The notes below the pieces were generated by a model. It was given only the letters and a program-made list of their open reading frames with translations. It made no database searches and was not told where the DNA came from. A stretch of 63,740 nt of DNA, filler included, from Anaerolineae bacterium (GTDB taxonomy: Bacteria; Chloroflexota; Anaerolineae; Epilineales; Epilineaceae): NCBI GenBank assembly GCA_029262755.1. It is 8 parts of 8 records of this genome, joined end to end, with 100 filler letters (N's around TTAATTAATTAA, not from the genome) between each part and the next. Parts side by side here need not be neighbours in the genome. Positions count along the whole stretch, not along the records: positions 60,544 to 63,740 come from JAJCYU010000371.1; 7 more parts are not named here. The stretch is one strand, 5' to 3'. The position numbers and the translations under genes are program-made. Shown here one piece after another: positions 63,363 through 63,740 of this stretch; position 1 is the stretch's first letter; each line of letters begins with the position of its first letter.

Positions 63363-63740
63363 GTGGAGATTCGTTTCGATACCTATTATGACAACCAGCA
63401 ATTGGGCGCCGCTCTGGCTCAGCTCGCGGACGAACATGCCGAGATCATGACGCTCGGTGAGTTGGGTCGCTCGCACGAAGACCGGCCGATCCCCTTGGTG
63501 ACCCTCGCGGCGCCGGGTGAGCTCGAGCCCGACGACCGTCCGGCTTTCTGGCTCGACGGCAACATCCACGCGACCGAGCTCACCGCGTCGATGGCGGCGC
63601 TTTACGTGATTCACGACTTAGCCCGGCGCTTTGGTACGGACGAGGACGTCACCCGTCTCCTGAAGACGGTGACCCTCTACATCGTCCCGCGCTTGAACCC
63701 CGACGGCGCGGCGCTGGCCCTGGCCAACCCGCCGCGCTTC
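63363..63740 (+). CDS. M14 zinc carboxypeptidase, 5' part (runs off the window)
   Basis: GAGGAG RBS and GTG 63363; LGRSHEDR, DGNIHATE (HxxE), IVPRLNPDG. Confidence 0.88.
   Translation, partial: MEIRFDTYYDNQQLGAALAQLADEHAEIMTLGELGRSHEDRPIPLVTLAAPGELEPDDRPAFWLDGNIHATELTASMAALYVIHDLARRFGTDEDVTRLLKTVTLYIVPRLNPDGAALALANPPRF

Overview
This window is not one contiguous locus. It is eight contig pieces joined by 100-nt artificial linkers (N44-TTAATTAATTAA-N44), so it is a MAG-style pseudo-scaffold. Most pieces look like a high-GC Chloroflexota genome (inference from protein types). The 29365-32186 piece looks Planctomycetota-like and may be mis-binned. Contents by piece: (1) a >3000-aa surface protein with DUF11, GEVED, SdrD-B and C25 modules; (2) lon and lysS; (3) a Kelch-type secreted protein, a GDPD and a Nudix hydrolase; (4) tRNA-Leu(UAA), a FitAB/VapBC TA pair, rpsF-rpsR without ssb, a hyper-acidic SurA/PrsA-like protein, ftsH, and a tightly coupled translin/TRAX-obgE-[nadD::rdgB fusion] operon; (5) a membrane-spanning ECF sigma factor plus the tail of a paralog; (6) three paralogous membrane proteins with a duplication scar, panB-panE-panC-panD under a pan-motif attenuator, and secreted enzymes; (7) an accessory/defence island with a multi-domain McrB, McrC and a GmrSD-HEPN-wHTH fusion; (8) rplS-trmD, an M23 lipoprotein and an M14 peptidase. 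The best candidates for an undescribed system are the McrBC + GmrSD-HEPN cluster and the translin-obgE-nadD::rdgB operon. All family calls come from motif recognition by eye; no searches were run.
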